Below are positions 38,704 to 48,647 of a stretch of DNA of 64,000 nucleotides, in pieces. Positions within the stretch are counted from its first letter, which is position 1. Each line of letters starts with the position of its first letter. Source of the DNA: Paenarthrobacter sp. (GTDB lineage: Bacteria > Actinomycetota > Actinomycetes > Actinomycetales > Micrococcaceae); assembly GCA_031179305.1 (NCBI GenBank), contig JAPSHX010000006.1, positions 36,914 to 100,913 of the forward strand, in the 5' to 3' direction. Under the pieces are notes generated by a model. The model was not told the DNA's origin and searched no databases. It was given only the letters and a program-made list of their open reading frames with translations. A program made the translations under genes and the position numbers.

Positions 38704-39372
38704 CTAGGCAGGATCGATCTCGGTTCGCTTAGCCCGGACAATGTCTTTGGCGTCGGTGACATCCGACGGCTGGGGAGCAGGCACGAAGAATGCAAGCGGC
38801 GGTACGGCGGTACTGCAGTCCAGATCCGGAAGTGTAACGACGCTGCTGATCCGTTGTTGCCCTTCCGCGAGTTGTTCCATCCGGAACATCACGCCGGAGG
38901 CACTCAATTCATCAGGCACGTCACCAGTTTCGGATGCCCACGGCACCAAGCAACCGTGCACTTCGGCAGTGCCGGGGACCGGGCCCGGCTGGACCTTCAT
39001 AGGGAGGAAAGGATCAGGTCCCGGGCGGATGTCGGGGCGACGTTTCTGGGCGACGTCGTTCAACGGAGGCCTGGAAATGCGAACTCGAAGTTTCAGGCCA
39101 GTGGTCTCCACCAACTCGGGCAGGGTGAAGTCCGTAATATTCTGCGCGACAGCCTGGGCCTCGAGTGACTTGCGGGCCGCCATGACCCACGGGTCAGCCT
39201 CTAGGGGCTCGCTCGGCGCAGATCCCTGCCATTCGACCGCGGGATAAGGGGGTGCAGGCTTCTTTTCTTCCGCGCACGCCGAAAGGCCGCCGGAGACGGT
39301 AACCAGCAACAGCGATGCAGCAACAGCCCTGAAATACCGCGGCCGGGATGTCCTTGCACCGCCCATGATCAA
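38704..39372 (-). CDS. putative lipoprotein
   Basis: Signal peptide with lipobox LSAC. Confidence 0.7.
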   Translation of the reverse strand: MIMGGARTSRPRYFRAVAASLLLVTVSGGLSACAEEKKPAPPYPAVEWQGSAPSEPLEADPWVMAARKSLEAQAVAQNITDFTLPELVETTGLKLRVRISRPPLNDVAQKRRPDIRPGPDPFLPMKVQPGPVPGTAEVHGCLVPWASETGDVPDELSASGVMFRMEQLAEGQQRISSVVTLPDLDCSTAVPPLAFFVPAPQPSDVTDAKDIVRAKRTEIDPA

Positions 39373-39504
39373 CCACCTTTGTTTGCGTTTTTTCGCCTGT
39401 CGAATCTATCACGGGCTATTCCGTCTTACTTCTGACGGCGTTCGTACGAGATCGGCGAGGTGGCCGCCGTCGAGGGCAGCAGCCCCAGCGCATAGGCTTG
39501 GATC

Positions 39505-40515
39505 ATGCTGAACCTGGTCCTTGGACTTCTCTTTGCGGGGCTCTTCCTTGCCTCGTTCCAGTCCGACCGGCGTCGGCTCCGGAACGGTGTGTTCCTGCTG
39601 GTGGCGGCATGGTTCCTCCTGCAGGCCCTTCTGGAGTTCCTCATAGACCTGAACCCATGGTTCGAATGGTTGAACCTGGTGGTCTTGGTAGTCCCCGTAC
39701 TGAGCATTTTCGTGTTTGCCGGCTTCCTGATCGCCAACGGCATCACGATGGTCCGCAGGGAAGGCCCAGGCATCACCAGCTTCCTGCCGATCGCGGTGGG
39801 ACTTGCAGTGTTCCTAGCCCCTGTAATCGCCTTCCTTTTTGTGCTGAGCGGGCAGCCGGTATTGGCCGGCGTCGCCGCTCTCGCGTTCTTCCTCTGCTCC
39901 TACCTCGGCTGCGCCTTCGTGGTGTTCCTGGGATACGCGATGGTGTATTCACGGATGGGTTTCAGCCCGAACCCGGCGGCCGTCGTCGTCCTCGGCTCCG
40001 GCCTGATTAACGGCAAGGTCCCGCCGTTGCTCGCCGCGCGCTTGAATAAAGCCCTGGAAATTTACGACGGCGGCACTCCGGCCAAGCCTGTCCTGGTACC
40101 TTCCGGGGGCCAGGGGGCGGACGAGCCGCGGCCGGAGTCCACCGCCATGAAGGAGTACTTGGTGGCAAAGGGTGCGGCAGCCACGGACGTGCTGGAAGAG
40201 GACCAAGCCACCACCACCCGCGAGAACCTTGCCTATTCCGTTGCCCTGTTGGCAGATAAGGGCATTCATGGGCCCTTGCTGGTGTGCACCAACAATTACC
40301 ACGTACTGCGCACAGCACTTTTGACCCGTCGGCAACGGATCAACGCCGAGGTTGTGGGTGCTCCTACGGCCAGATACTTCGTGCCAAGTGCCTTCCTCCG
40401 GGAGTTCGTGGCCGTGATGAGGGACAACCGCCTGACCAACATCATTCTCTGCCTGCCGATGTTCGGGGTTGCCCTGCTCATCACGGTGGCACTGATGAAC
40501 TCGCCGGTGGTGTGA
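39505..40515 (+). CDS. YdcF/DUF218 (ElyC/SanA-like) membrane protein
   Basis: VVLGSG, SGGQGADE, TTRENL, TNNYHVLR, AFLREF. Confidence 0.9.
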   Translation: MLNLVLGLLFAGLFLASFQSDRRRLRNGVFLLVAAWFLLQALLEFLIDLNPWFEWLNLVVLVVPVLSIFVFAGFLIANGITMVRREGPGITSFLPIAVGLAVFLAPVIAFLFVLSGQPVLAGVAALAFFLCSYLGCAFVVFLGYAMVYSRMGFSPNPAAVVVLGSGLINGKVPPLLAARLNKALEIYDGGTPAKPVLVPSGGQGADEPRPESTAMKEYLVAKGAAATDVLEEDQATTTRENLAYSVALLADKGIHGPLLVCTNNYHVLRTALLTRRQRINAEVVGAPTARYFVPSAFLREFVAVMRDNRLTNIILCLPMFGVALLITVALMNSPVV

Positions 40516-40521
40516 CTATTC

Positions 40522-42564
40522 CTAGGACTTGGGGAGTCCTGTGGTGAACGTGTGGCTCCACTCCGTGACGGATTCAATGGTGAAGACGTATCCCGGCTCG
40601 GGTTCCGCTGTGACGCTCACAGTGCCGGCGGGCTTCCTGTAGCTCCCGGCTGCAACTTCCTTGCCGCCGATCAGGTACGACACACCCGCGACGGCGGGGA
40701 TGGTGTAGGCATCCTGCCCATGACCCGGCCGGTCCGTGAAGATGACCGCCGCCGGCGTCGCCGTTTCGTAGCTCAGACCGAAGCCCAGCGGCAAAAGGAA
40801 GCCGTCGCCGTCGGCTTCGGGAATGTTCACTGGCAGCTTGCCGCTCGGGTTGATCGCGCCCGAAATGGCGCGGACTGCACCGTGAAAGTTGACCTCCTTA
40901 ACCCCATAACTGTTGAGTACGGCGTCGGCACCGGGGAAGACACTGATGTCGTAGGGATTTCGTGTGGCCACAACGACTACGGGAGTTCCTGTGGCTGCCA
41001 GTTCCGCCACCATCTGTTGCTGTGCAGCATTGCTGGTTGCGTTGTACGAAGCGAAGACGACGGCGTCGACGTTGCCGGCGGCGGCTACCGCACGCGCGCG
41101 GTAGGCGGCGGACGGCGAAGCGCCATCCTCGTAGTCTTCCGTCACCGCGAATTCCTGATCCTTAAGCATTGGACCCATGAGTTCCGGCCATGCTGAACCG
41201 GCGCCCACCATGAGCACGGAACTGCCCGAAGCGAGCGGCAAAACCTGGTCTTCATTGCGAAGGAGCGTGACTGCCCGCTCGGAGATCAGCTTGGCCGTGG
41301 CCAGGTTCTCCGCGCTTCCAACGATGCTGTCCACAGCGGCGGGGTCGGCCAGGGGTTGTTCGAAGACCCCGCGCTTGACCTTCCATTCAAGGATCCTTCG
41401 GACAGAATCGTCCAGGCGGGCCTCGGTGAGCTCGCCGGATTCGACGGCGGCGCGAACTCCGGCGAACGATGCATCCACATCCGGGGAGTTGAGGAGGATG
41501 TCAGAGCCGGCCTGGATCGCCTTCACTGCGATCTCTTCCTGCGTCCATTCGGCAGCCATTGCCGCCATATCCAGGGCATCGGTTGTCACCAAACCCTTGA
41601 AGCCCATCTCGTCCCGGAGCAAGCCCGTGAGTACCTTGTGGGACAGGGTGCCAGGCATCTCCGGATCAATAGCCTCCACAATGATGTGTGCCGTCATGAC
41701 CATATCCACGCCGCCATCAATTGCGGCCTTGAACGGCTTCAAGTGCTGATTGAGGGTCTCGCGATCGTAGGTGACGGTGGGCAGTCCATAGTGCGAGTCA
41801 ACAGAGGTGTCGCCGTGGCCGGGGAAGTGCTTGGCGGCTGCACCTACGTTGTGTGCTTGAATGCCTTCGATCTGGGCGACCCCGAGTGCACTGACCAGCG
41901 CAGGGTCCTCACCCATGGAGCGGATTCCAATGACGGGATTGTCAGGATTGGAGTTGAGATCCAGGACCGGTGCGAAGTCAACGTTGATACCCATGGCACG
42001 CATTTCGGAGCCCAGGATTTCACCTTGCGCCTTGGCGAGACTTACGTCTGCCGTGGCGCCGAGGGCCATGTTCCCTGGAAGCACCGTTGCGGGCGGCCCG
42101 ATGCGGGCAACCAAACCACCTTCCTGGTCAATGGTGACTGCAAGTGGGATGCCGTTTCCGTCCTCCCGCATTGCCGATTGCTGCAGACCGTTGGAGAGGC
42201 CCGCAACCTGCTGGGGGGTGGTGGTGTTTCCGGACCATGCGAAGTAGAGGACGCCGCCAAGGTTGTACTTTTCCACCACCTCCGCTGGCGTGTTGACGCC
42301 ATACCGCTCTTGATTCTTTGCTGCCATGGAGGCGTCGTCTGCCGATGAACCGTAGACGTGCGTCCAGGTCATCTGGCCGATCTTTTCGTCCAGCGTCATG
42401 GCGGCGATCATCGCCTCGATATCCGGCGAGGCGGAGGTCGTCGTCGTACTTGCCTTGGTGGGTGCGGCCGCAAGTGCAGTGCCCGCGCCAGCCAGCACCC
42501 CTGTGCCCGTCATTAACAGCGCGGTGGCCGCCGCCGTCATGAGTGAAGTTCGTTGTCTTTGCAT
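40522..42564 (-). CDS. nagZ: secreted GH3 beta-N-acetylglucosaminidase
   Basis: DQEGG, KHFPGHGDTSVDSH (NagZ signature), TDALDM; signal peptide. Confidence 0.9.
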   Translation of the reverse strand: MQRQRTSLMTAAATALLMTGTGVLAGAGTALAAAPTKASTTTTSASPDIEAMIAAMTLDEKIGQMTWTHVYGSSADDASMAAKNQERYGVNTPAEVVEKYNLGGVLYFAWSGNTTTPQQVAGLSNGLQQSAMREDGNGIPLAVTIDQEGGLVARIGPPATVLPGNMALGATADVSLAKAQGEILGSEMRAMGINVDFAPVLDLNSNPDNPVIGIRSMGEDPALVSALGVAQIEGIQAHNVGAAAKHFPGHGDTSVDSHYGLPTVTYDRETLNQHLKPFKAAIDGGVDMVMTAHIIVEAIDPEMPGTLSHKVLTGLLRDEMGFKGLVTTDALDMAAMAAEWTQEEIAVKAIQAGSDILLNSPDVDASFAGVRAAVESGELTEARLDDSVRRILEWKVKRGVFEQPLADPAAVDSIVGSAENLATAKLISERAVTLLRNEDQVLPLASGSSVLMVGAGSAWPELMGPMLKDQEFAVTEDYEDGASPSAAYRARAVAAAGNVDAVVFASYNATSNAAQQQMVAELAATGTPVVVVATRNPYDISVFPGADAVLNSYGVKEVNFHGAVRAISGAINPSGKLPVNIPEADGDGFLLPLGFGLSYETATPAAVIFTDRPGHGQDAYTIPAVAGVSYLIGGKEVAAGSYRKPAGTVSVTAEPEPGYVFTIESVTEWSHTFTTGLPKS

Positions 42565-42618
42565 GTGAATCCCAATCCCGTCGTCCATGTTGCGGTTGAG
42601 GTTTGTGTGTCTGTAGGA

Positions 42619-43920
42619 CTAGCGCTTGCCGTTGTAGAGGAGGTACTCGCGGGTGTCGCGCACGAATTGGTCCAGTTCGGGCCGCCAGCTGTCCATGATC
42701 GTCTTGGCGTCAGCACCGGCGTCGAGCTGTTCAGCAAAGCGGGCCGAGCCGCTTAGCAGGCCCATCCATCGTCCGCCGTCGCCACGCCAACCGAAACCGG
42801 GATACAAGCGCTTGGCTTCCACCAACATGTGGGTTCCCACTTCCAGTGCTTCAACGCGGGTGGCGTCGGTGATGTGAACCTGCACGCCGCCACAGATGAG
42901 GCCCTGGTTCTTGGAAAGCGTTGGCTGGAAGTACGCCTCTCGGAAAGTGACACCCGCAAGGCCCTTGCTGTTCAGGGCCTCTGCCCAGCGGTAGTCCACG
43001 TAGGGTGCGCCGATGAGTTCGAACGGCCGGGTGGTTCCGCGCCCCTCTGACATATTGGTGGCCTCGAAAAGGGCTGTGCCAGGGTACAGGGTGGCAGTTT
43101 CGGGTGTTGGCATGTTAGGGCTCGGCAGGATCCACATCGCCCGGTTGTCCGGTCCCGTCATCTCGCGGCGCCAGCCCTGGACCTCCACCACCTGAAGGTC
43201 CTGGATGGGTGTGAGGCCGGCGGCCGGGAGGTGAACTGCGTTGAAGTATTTGGCGAGCTCGCCCACCGTCATCCCATGTTGGAGTGCGATGCCCAGTTGG
43301 CCAACACCGGACTCGAACCCCTTCTGCAGGACTGGTCCGCGGGCCTGGCCGCCGATGGGGTTCGGGCGGTCCAGGACAACAAAAGTCGCCCCTGTCTTCG
43401 ACGCCGCCTGCATTGCACCCCACATGGTCCAGATGTAGGTGTAGAACCGTGCCCCAACGTCCTGTATATCGAAGCAGATGGTGTCCACTCCGGAAGCTTC
43501 GAAAAAGCGCACATAGTCGGCAACTGTGGCGCCGTAGGAGTCATAGACCGTGATGCCGGTCCGCGGGTCCACGGATGTTCCTTCGCTGGCACCATCCTGG
43601 GCGGTCCCCCTGAAGCCGTGCTCGGGTCCGAAGACCGCTCCGACCCCCACGCCTTTGGCCGCCATGTCATCCACGATGGTGCGGAAGTTCGCGAGGACGC
43701 CGGTGGGGTTGGTGATGACTCCCACCTTGCGGCCGGCGAAAATGTTCCAGTTGTTCGCAGCGGCTACATCGGCGCCACTGATTGTAGATCCCGGCTTTCC
43801 CGGATTCCCCGGGCGTGGCTGGTTCGGACTGGCGGTTGCGCTGGGAGCAAAGGGCGCGACGACGGCGGCAGCGGCCGCCAGCCCCGATGCATGGAGCAGT
43901 TTTCTACGGTCGAGTGCCAT
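42619..43920 (-). CDS. namZ: exo-beta-N-acetylmuramidase NamZ (DUF1343), Tat-exported
   Basis: DRRKLL Tat motif; FGPEHG, DIQDVGARFYTY, DRPNP, PSPNMPT, SEGRGTTRPFE. Confidence 0.9.
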   Translation of the reverse strand: MALDRRKLLHASGLAAAAAVVAPFAPSATASPNQPRPGNPGKPGSTISGADVAAANNWNIFAGRKVGVITNPTGVLANFRTIVDDMAAKGVGVGAVFGPEHGFRGTAQDGASEGTSVDPRTGITVYDSYGATVADYVRFFEASGVDTICFDIQDVGARFYTYIWTMWGAMQAASKTGATFVVLDRPNPIGGQARGPVLQKGFESGVGQLGIALQHGMTVGELAKYFNAVHLPAAGLTPIQDLQVVEVQGWRREMTGPDNRAMWILPSPNMPTPETATLYPGTALFEATNMSEGRGTTRPFELIGAPYVDYRWAEALNSKGLAGVTFREAYFQPTLSKNQGLICGGVQVHITDATRVEALEVGTHMLVEAKRLYPGFGWRGDGGRWMGLLSGSARFAEQLDAGADAKTIMDSWRPELDQFVRDTREYLLYNGKR

Positions 43921-44125
43921 GAAGAAAGCCTTTCGAAGGAGAGCGAGGAGCATGACAAATTTTGTGATTTTCCTTACATTGACCGTATTCGTTCTCCGGA
44001 AGGGCGTCAATGACTTACCTTTTTTCTGACGCTTGTGTAACTTAATGACAAGGCCCGGGCAGGGCCTTGGGATTGCGACTCTGAATCGGTACCGTGGATC
44101 GGGTTTGGCCCTTCGGAAGGAAACC

Positions 44126-45028
44126 ATGCTGGAAGCGCCGCGAGACGCGCAGTCGTCCCGCACTGTATTGGTGCGAATTCGCTCTGTCCTGCCAGCGTTG
44201 CGCCCATCGGAGCAGGTTGTGGCTGAGTTGGTCCTGTCGGATCCATCGCGGGCTGCCACCATGTCGATCGGCGACCTGGCTGAGGAATGCGGAACATCCA
44301 CTACCTCGGTGGTCCGGTTCTACAAGAAGGTGGGCTACGGCGGCTACTCTGATCTTCGCCTGGACCTTGCACGTGAAACTGCTCGCGAGAGTGTGGCCCA
44401 TGGCGTCCCGGCCGAGGTCTACGAGGACATCAACACCGCCGACTCGCTTCAGGACATCGTCTCCAAAATTGCATTCAACGAGACCATGTCCATCGCCGAT
44501 ACTGCCCAGGTGCTGGACGTCGAACAGCTGGCTCGGGCCATTGACGTGGTGTCCGGCTCCCGCAAGATCGACATCTTCGGAGTGGGAGCGGGAGGTTTGG
44601 TGGGCCAGGACCTGCAGCAAAAGCTGCACAGGATTGGCCTGGTCTCCTTCGTCTGGCCCGAGGTACATGCCGCCCTCACCTCAGCGGTACTGCTCGACGC
44701 CGAATGTGTCGCCATTGCCGTCTCGCACTCGGGAACCACCGAAGACACTGTCGATTACCTCAAGGCGGGCAAAGCAGCCGGCGCCGCCACCATCGCCATC
44801 ACCAACCATGCCGACTCACCACTAGGCGGGGTCGCTGACATAGTGCTGACCACTGCAGCCCGCGAAAGCCCCTTCAGGCCCGGAGCCCTGGGCAGCCGGA
44901 TAGCACAGATGATGGTTGTTGACTGCCTGTTCGTGGGCGTCGCCCAGCAGTCATATGAGGCTTCCATTGATGCGCTGCGTAAAACGCACGCAGCTGTCCA
45001 AAGCCGGAAGTTTCGCCGGGCCAACTGA
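44126..45028 (+). CDS. MurR/RpiR family regulator
   Basis: HTH (STTSVVRF..K.GY.GY.DL) plus SIS domain (SHSG.T); divergent from namZ-nagZ. Confidence 0.9.
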   Translation: MLEAPRDAQSSRTVLVRIRSVLPALRPSEQVVAELVLSDPSRAATMSIGDLAEECGTSTTSVVRFYKKVGYGGYSDLRLDLARETARESVAHGVPAEVYEDINTADSLQDIVSKIAFNETMSIADTAQVLDVEQLARAIDVVSGSRKIDIFGVGAGGLVGQDLQQKLHRIGLVSFVWPEVHAALTSAVLLDAECVAIAVSHSGTTEDTVDYLKAGKAAGAATIAITNHADSPLGGVADIVLTTAARESPFRPGALGSRIAQMMVVDCLFVGVAQQSYEASIDALRKTHAAVQSRKFRRAN

Positions 45029-45061
45029 CAAGCGCACCTGCCTGCCCGGCACAGCCTGAGG

Positions 45062-46321
45062 CTACTGGACAGGTTCCGCCTGCTTGACCTCTCTTTTGAC
45101 GTCACTTTGCCTCAGCATGGAGTCCGAATTGATCGCAAGAATCCCCGAAAGCAGGGCTGCCAGGAGGATGGAGCCAAAGGCCATGAATGACGAGACGCCC
45201 ATAAGAAACGTGGCAACTGCAAGGCTGAGGGGACTGGATACAGTTTCAAGAAACTGGACCGCCGTCATGGTCTTGCCCAGGTCAGACGAGGGAATCTGTT
45301 GATGGATGAGGGACGTGCGTCCCACCGTCCATGCGATGCCGCCCGTACAGACGACGAAAAGGGCACATGCCACGGCAATCCACGACGGTATGAAGAAGAG
45401 CAAGGCCCCTGCTGCCATAAGCCATGAGGACCGTTGCATCAGAACGTTTGGGCGCCATTCGGAGAGCAAACCTGACAGAATCGAACCGCAGAAGAGGCCC
45501 GCAGCTGCCGCTGCACCGACGATTCCTACTTCCGTGGCGGAACCCTTGAGGCCAACGGAGGTCTGGAAGATCGCCAATGTGGACAAAGGGGCGGATAGGA
45601 AGCCGACGAGGACAACTGTCCCGGCAAAACGCCACCAACCATGGATTTGGGTAAGTCGCCGGTACCCGGCAGAAAGTTCCTTGAAGAAACCCGGCCGGTC
45701 CGGCAGGCTGCTCGGGCGCTCCGGCCAAGGCAGGAAATTCATGATCAAGGCAATGACCGTAAACGACACTGCATCAACAGCCAGCAACCACCACGGGCCC
45801 CAGACGGCGCTCAAAGCTCCACCAATTGCCGGACCCACGATGGAAGCTGAGGTCCATGCGGTGGAAACTGCGGCATTGAACTTCGCGGTGCCGTCACCGT
45901 ACATCTTCGGGATGGCCACGAAGGTGGCTGTCCGGGCGAACATGTCTAGGCTGCCGCGTAGGAAGGCGCCTAGTACGAGGACCCAAAAGGGCGTGTGCCA
46001 AGGCCCTATCAGCAGCGCCATTGCAGCAACAACAAGTGCTTGACCCCAATAGCCGATGTGGGTCATGACGCGGGGGGACATACGATCCGCGAGTCCGCCG
46101 ATGAGGACTCCGGGGAAAGCCTTGGGAAGTTGTGATGCCACGGCAACAATGGACATCTGGGCAAGGCTGCCGCTTGTCTGCAGAACTATGAGTGGCAGCG
46201 CGATGTTGTACGCACCCCCACCCAACGAATTCACCCACATTCCCGTGAGGTGCAAACGTCTCTGCCATGGCTTTGCCAATGACACTTCAGTTACCTCGGG
46301 GTGACTGGAGAATGGTGACAA
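45062..46321 (-). CDS. MFS exporter (MccC-like role) of the RiPP cluster
   Basis: About 12 TM segments; GGLADRM, IVGPAIGG, DAVSF; last gene of the mccA-mccB operon, overlapping the previous gene. Confidence 0.8.
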   Translation of the reverse strand: MSPFSSHPEVTEVSLAKPWQRRLHLTGMWVNSLGGGAYNIALPLIVLQTSGSLAQMSIVAVASQLPKAFPGVLIGGLADRMSPRVMTHIGYWGQALVVAAMALLIGPWHTPFWVLVLGAFLRGSLDMFARTATFVAIPKMYGDGTAKFNAAVSTAWTSASIVGPAIGGALSAVWGPWWLLAVDAVSFTVIALIMNFLPWPERPSSLPDRPGFFKELSAGYRRLTQIHGWWRFAGTVVLVGFLSAPLSTLAIFQTSVGLKGSATEVGIVGAAAAAGLFCGSILSGLLSEWRPNVLMQRSSWLMAAGALLFFIPSWIAVACALFVVCTGGIAWTVGRTSLIHQQIPSSDLGKTMTAVQFLETVSSPLSLAVATFLMGVSSFMAFGSILLAALLSGILAINSDSMLRQSDVKREVKQAEPVQ

Positions 46322-47132
46322 GGTCGGGCTGCTTTTCCACTGATGTGAGAAGCCATTGCATTACGGGTGCCTGCCAAAAGCTGATATTCCACGTGCGGGC
46401 AATGACCATGTGAAAGATGGTGGTGCAGCAGGGAACTACCATCCGCCACTTGCCGGGAAGAATGAGGGCAAGGGGGAGTGCGACTAATTCAAGAAAGGGA
46501 ATTGTGCGAGTTAGGGCACGAACCGGCATTCTATATCGCTCTTGGGCAAACGGGTGAGTATCCGAGGCCAACAGGTGCGAATGATAGATATGGTTGGCAT
46601 CGCCGCGCCTGACCCAAGCGTCATAGCCGTGGAGGAGTTTGGACAAGCCGGCCTGCGTGTAGGGCAGGTATAGCGCAACCCGTGAGACCGAAAGCGGCAG
46701 GCTCGGGGACTGGCCACTGCCCGGCTTGGACATCTGACTGATGACGAGTACCGCTTCAATGAACGTGTCATACGGCCAGCGGCCCGGTAGGGATCGGGCA
46801 TCCAAAGCTCGTGTTGCCAAGAAGACTCCCAGCGCTGCCCGCCGAATCCAAGAAGAGGACTTTGACCCGGGGTTTCCACAAACCTCGCCGGCAGCCGCGG
46901 CCGCCATCAGTAGTCCGGCGGCCGCGCGTCGGCTCTTCCAAGCGGCCCCTTCATCAGCCGTGCGGTCCACCGCTGACTCCTGTGAAGCAACTGCAGCTCG
47001 GTAGTCACGGGAAGCAGCCGGGCCGGGGCGGAGCGTCAGCGCAAGGGCGGCAACAGCCCACACTGCCGCATTGCGCACATGCTGGAGTTGGACTGGTTTA
47101 CGGCGAAGTTGTCGGAACATACGTGTACACAA
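46287..47132 (-). CDS. HTTM-like membrane protein (SdpB / vitamin-K-dependent carboxylase-like fold); start uncertain
   Basis: Y..AG.SKL....W...G (YTQAGLSKLLHGYDAWVRRG), FLEL, FH..I....I.F (IFHMVIARTWNISF). Confidence 0.6.
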   Translation of the reverse strand: MCTRMFRQLRRKPVQLQHVRNAAVWAVAALALTLRPGPAASRDYRAAVASQESAVDRTADEGAAWKSRRAAAGLLMAAAAAGEVCGNPGSKSSSWIRRAALGVFLATRALDARSLPGRWPYDTFIEAVLVISQMSKPGSGQSPSLPLSVSRVALYLPYTQAGLSKLLHGYDAWVRRGDANHIYHSHLLASDTHPFAQERYRMPVRALTRTIPFLELVALPLALILPGKWRMVVPCCTTIFHMVIARTWNISFWQAPVMQWLLTSVEKQPDLVTILQSPRGN

Positions 47133-47586
47133 TTTCCTTTTCCTCAGGCATTCCCCGAACAGTAGTTGCCACCAGGATGTCCATCCTCAAGGGATGGTCG
47201 GGCAGGTGAGCGGGGGTGCGAACCTCGTCAAACGGTCTCCAGGCGTTGCTTCGAAGCCTCTGGATGATTCTCTGGCAGAGGACATTCTTTGGTTGCTCGT
47301 CCTCACCCATGAAGATGCCGGCGAACACGGCTCCGGCCCGGAAGAACTGGGTTGGAAGGCAGTTTGCCGGGCCGCAAGCAACGGTTGTTCCACCAGGCAT
47401 GTGAAATTCAACTGCGAATCTTGAGACGCGGTCCCGGAACTTCGCATTGAACATATTGTTTGACGCAATTGGCCAGAAGTTTCTGTTGGCCACCGTTGCG
47501 GCGATCGAGGCGACTACGTAGGCCCCCGCCAACGCAACGAGCGCCGTGGACTTGTTGCAGTCAGGCGCACGCAGCACAGCGGCCAT
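47098..47586 (-). CDS. membrane-anchored protein of unknown function (partner of the HTTM-like protein)
   Basis: One N-terminal TM helix then FWPIASNNMF; overlaps both neighbours; start uncertain. Confidence 0.6.
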   Translation of the reverse strand: MAAVLRAPDCNKSTALVALAGAYVVASIAATVANRNFWPIASNNMFNAKFRDRVSRFAVEFHMPGGTTVACGPANCLPTQFFRAGAVFAGIFMGEDEQPKNVLCQRIIQRLRSNAWRPFDEVRTPAHLPDHPLRMDILVATTVRGMPEEKEIVYTYVPTTSP

Positions 47587-48598
47587 TCCTGGCGAAATCT
47601 TCGAACTCCGATGCCAACTCCAGCGAGTCAAACACCAGCCTCCTGCCGTCAAGGTTGGTGGATCCGGTAAGCAGGTAGCGGAACACTTCCATTGCGGCAA
47701 TGGACGCCACGATTGAGTTCAGCGGCCCAAAGCTTGGGGCCTGGTATGAGCTATTGAGATTGGTGGTGGAGAGCGATGCCTTTGATTTGGTCCTGCCGTC
47801 GTTGTCTGTCGCTGCGCATTCCAGGCAAGGGGTGACGCCTGGCCGTACTACCGGGCCTACCACTCCACGCGTATCTTGATACCCGGCGCAAGTGAAGGGT
47901 GTGCCGGTGGCGATGGACGCCTGGTTAGACCACTCGAGCACTTCCTGGGGCGTATCGGCCGAGACCACAACGAAGTCTGAGTCCTGAAAAACAGGCAAGA
48001 GATCGTTCGCTCCGGACATCATGGAGGCGACTTCCACCGTGTTGATGCCGGGGGCCCTGAGGTGAAGGTTTCTTGCAGCGGCTTGAATTTTGGGGGAACC
48101 GATATCTTGCGCAGTGAAGAGGTACTGCCGGGTCAGGTTGCTTTCTTCCACAGTGTCCCCGTCGACCAGGACAATGGTGCCCACACCGGCTGTTGCGAGT
48201 TGCATGGCTACGTTCGTTCCGATCCCTCCCACACCGATTAGCGTGACCTTTCGATTACGCAGCAGATCGCTGGCACCGGGGCCGGTGCTGTGTGCAAGTT
48301 CAAAGTACAGGTCATGGCGGCTGTACCGGCCGGAGAGGTCGAACCTGTACGGCACCAGAATCTCGGCGTCGATAAGTTCCTCGACGATCTCCCCGGAGCC
48401 TTCACCCAGCAGGAGTTCGGCCTTGCCGCCCAAAGCGTCGAGTGTCCGTGGCTGTGAAGCGAAGCTAAGTAGTTCTGCGAGCCCGTCCGGGGCATCCTCG
48501 ATTTCGATTGCGTTGGGCGGGGCCAATCCGATCTGCACGGCCGTTTCCGTGGTGATGACGGGTAGCGACTGCTTGAGGGAGTAGGTTATGACTGCCAA
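47561..48598 (-). CDS. mccB: MccB-like ThiF-family peptide nucleotidyltransferase
   Basis: N-terminal extension of about 90 aa (RRE-like), then RYSR, GVGGIG, D.D.VE.SNLTRQ, VVSAD.P, AGY, GP...PG.TPCLEC, PSFGPLN, terminal CAAC. GGAGG-N6-TTG start at 48598. Confidence 0.88.
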   Translation of the reverse strand: MAVITYSLKQSLPVITTETAVQIGLAPPNAIEIEDAPDGLAELLSFASQPRTLDALGGKAELLLGEGSGEIVEELIDAEILVPYRFDLSGRYSRHDLYFELAHSTGPGASDLLRNRKVTLIGVGGIGTNVAMQLATAGVGTIVLVDGDTVEESNLTRQYLFTAQDIGSPKIQAAARNLHLRAPGINTVEVASMMSGANDLLPVFQDSDFVVVSADTPQEVLEWSNQASIATGTPFTCAGYQDTRGVVGPVVRPGVTPCLECAATDNDGRTKSKASLSTTNLNSSYQAPSFGPLNSIVASIAAMEVFRYLLTGSTNLDGRRLVFDSLELASEFEDFARNGRCAACA

Positions 48599-48616
48599 TT
48601 CTTGCCTCCAATGATG

Positions 48617-48647
48617 AGTGGGGGCCACGCGTTGCGCGGCCCCCACT
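48617..48647. terminator. hairpin between precursor gene and mccB
   Basis: AGTGGGGGCC-N11-GGCCCCCACT; T-tract follows only on the + strand. Confidence 0.65.

Noticed and set aside
47561-48646. ThiF/MoeB cofactor-biosynthesis enzyme starting at 48646
   Set aside because: No thiamine or molybdopterin genes or Gly-Gly sulfur carrier nearby. The N-terminal extension, motif order and upstream Asn-ended peptide fit MccB. The 48646 start lies inside the hairpin, whereas TTG 48598 has a GGAGG SD.
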